Below are positions 63,393 through 64,000 of a stretch of 64,000 nt of DNA, in pieces (the first letter of the stretch is position 1; each line of letters starts with the position of its first letter). The notes under the pieces are model-generated. The model worked only from the letters and a program-made list of their open reading frames with translations, was not told where the DNA came from and made no database searches. The stretch comes from Felis catus (Eukaryota): assembly GCF_018350175.1 (NCBI RefSeq), contig NC_058368.1, positions 118,918,001 to 118,982,000 of the forward strand. The letters run 5' to 3'. Made by a program: the position numbers and the translations under genes.

Positions 63393-64000
63393 AGACATAA
63401 TAAGCTATAAAGTCACATTATCTCAGTGATCTGATTAGTAAGAGCCAGTTAAATGAACCTTTTAGTTAACTCCGACTCTTAACTCCTTGTTTAAAGTAGC
63501 TTCTGTCTTCCAGAATAAAAAATCCACATCCCCTGCCCCCATTCAGTGTGGCACATTTAAAAGCACAATGCAATTCAATTGCACAGCGGAGGGCAAAATT
63601 GTATCAAACTAAGCTTGGCTATTCATCCTGCCACTCACAGAACTGTAACTTTGTTAATCACAGACATTATAACTCATTACATCTGATTATCCTAAAGGTT
63701 CAAACTGATGTCAAAGTATTTAATTTAAAAAGAGTATGATCATTAAAATTCCTACTTCCTTTCAATCAGTCAAGGCTGTTTGCTTTTCTGAGAACCCATA
63801 CACATAAAATTTGGTAATTACTATGTTAGAATTCTCTCTCAAATCGCTCCCCAACTGGCCTCCTACCTGCTAGTCACACATCCAAACCTTTCAGTACAAT
63901 CTAGGATGAACCACGCACATTTAAAAAAAAAAACAAAAAACAAAAAACAAACAAAAAAAACAATGATGATCTGCTCATCTTCCAATACCATAAAAAGGAC

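Noticed and set aside
1..64000. CRISPR arrays, operons or other prokaryotic systems
   Set aside because: Sequence is mammalian intronic DNA; no regularly spaced repeat-spacer arrays.

Overview
Mammalian genomic DNA from a cat-family carnivore (felid-type CanSINEs and carnivore L1 3' ends). The window covers part of the glucocorticoid receptor gene NR3C1 on the minus strand: the last ~650 bp of the upstream intron (63349-64000), the whole of coding exon 2 (63348-62137; N-terminal/AF-1 domain, 398 codons + 2 nt), and ~62 kb of the very long intron 2, whose far end lies outside the window. The intron is a repeat fossil record: about 28 CanSINEs, several L1s (almost all antisense to the gene), a near-complete Tigger2 with nested insertions, MER44/MER82/MER58/MER5/MER20 DNA elements, a MaLR LTR, L2s and MIRs. 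No other intact protein-coding gene is supported, and no novel multi-gene system was found. The most interesting observations are regulatory. An out-of-frame upstream ATG in the exon-2 leader opens a 15-codon uORF overlapping the GR start. A well-formed candidate cryptic exon (44178-44292) would give an NTD-only GR with a basic tail. There are further candidate splice and polyadenylation signals, a 37-bp templated duplication, and an unexplained coding-like segment near 38 kb. Repeat subfamily names and human comparisons are from memory and need RepeatMasker or alignment confirmation.
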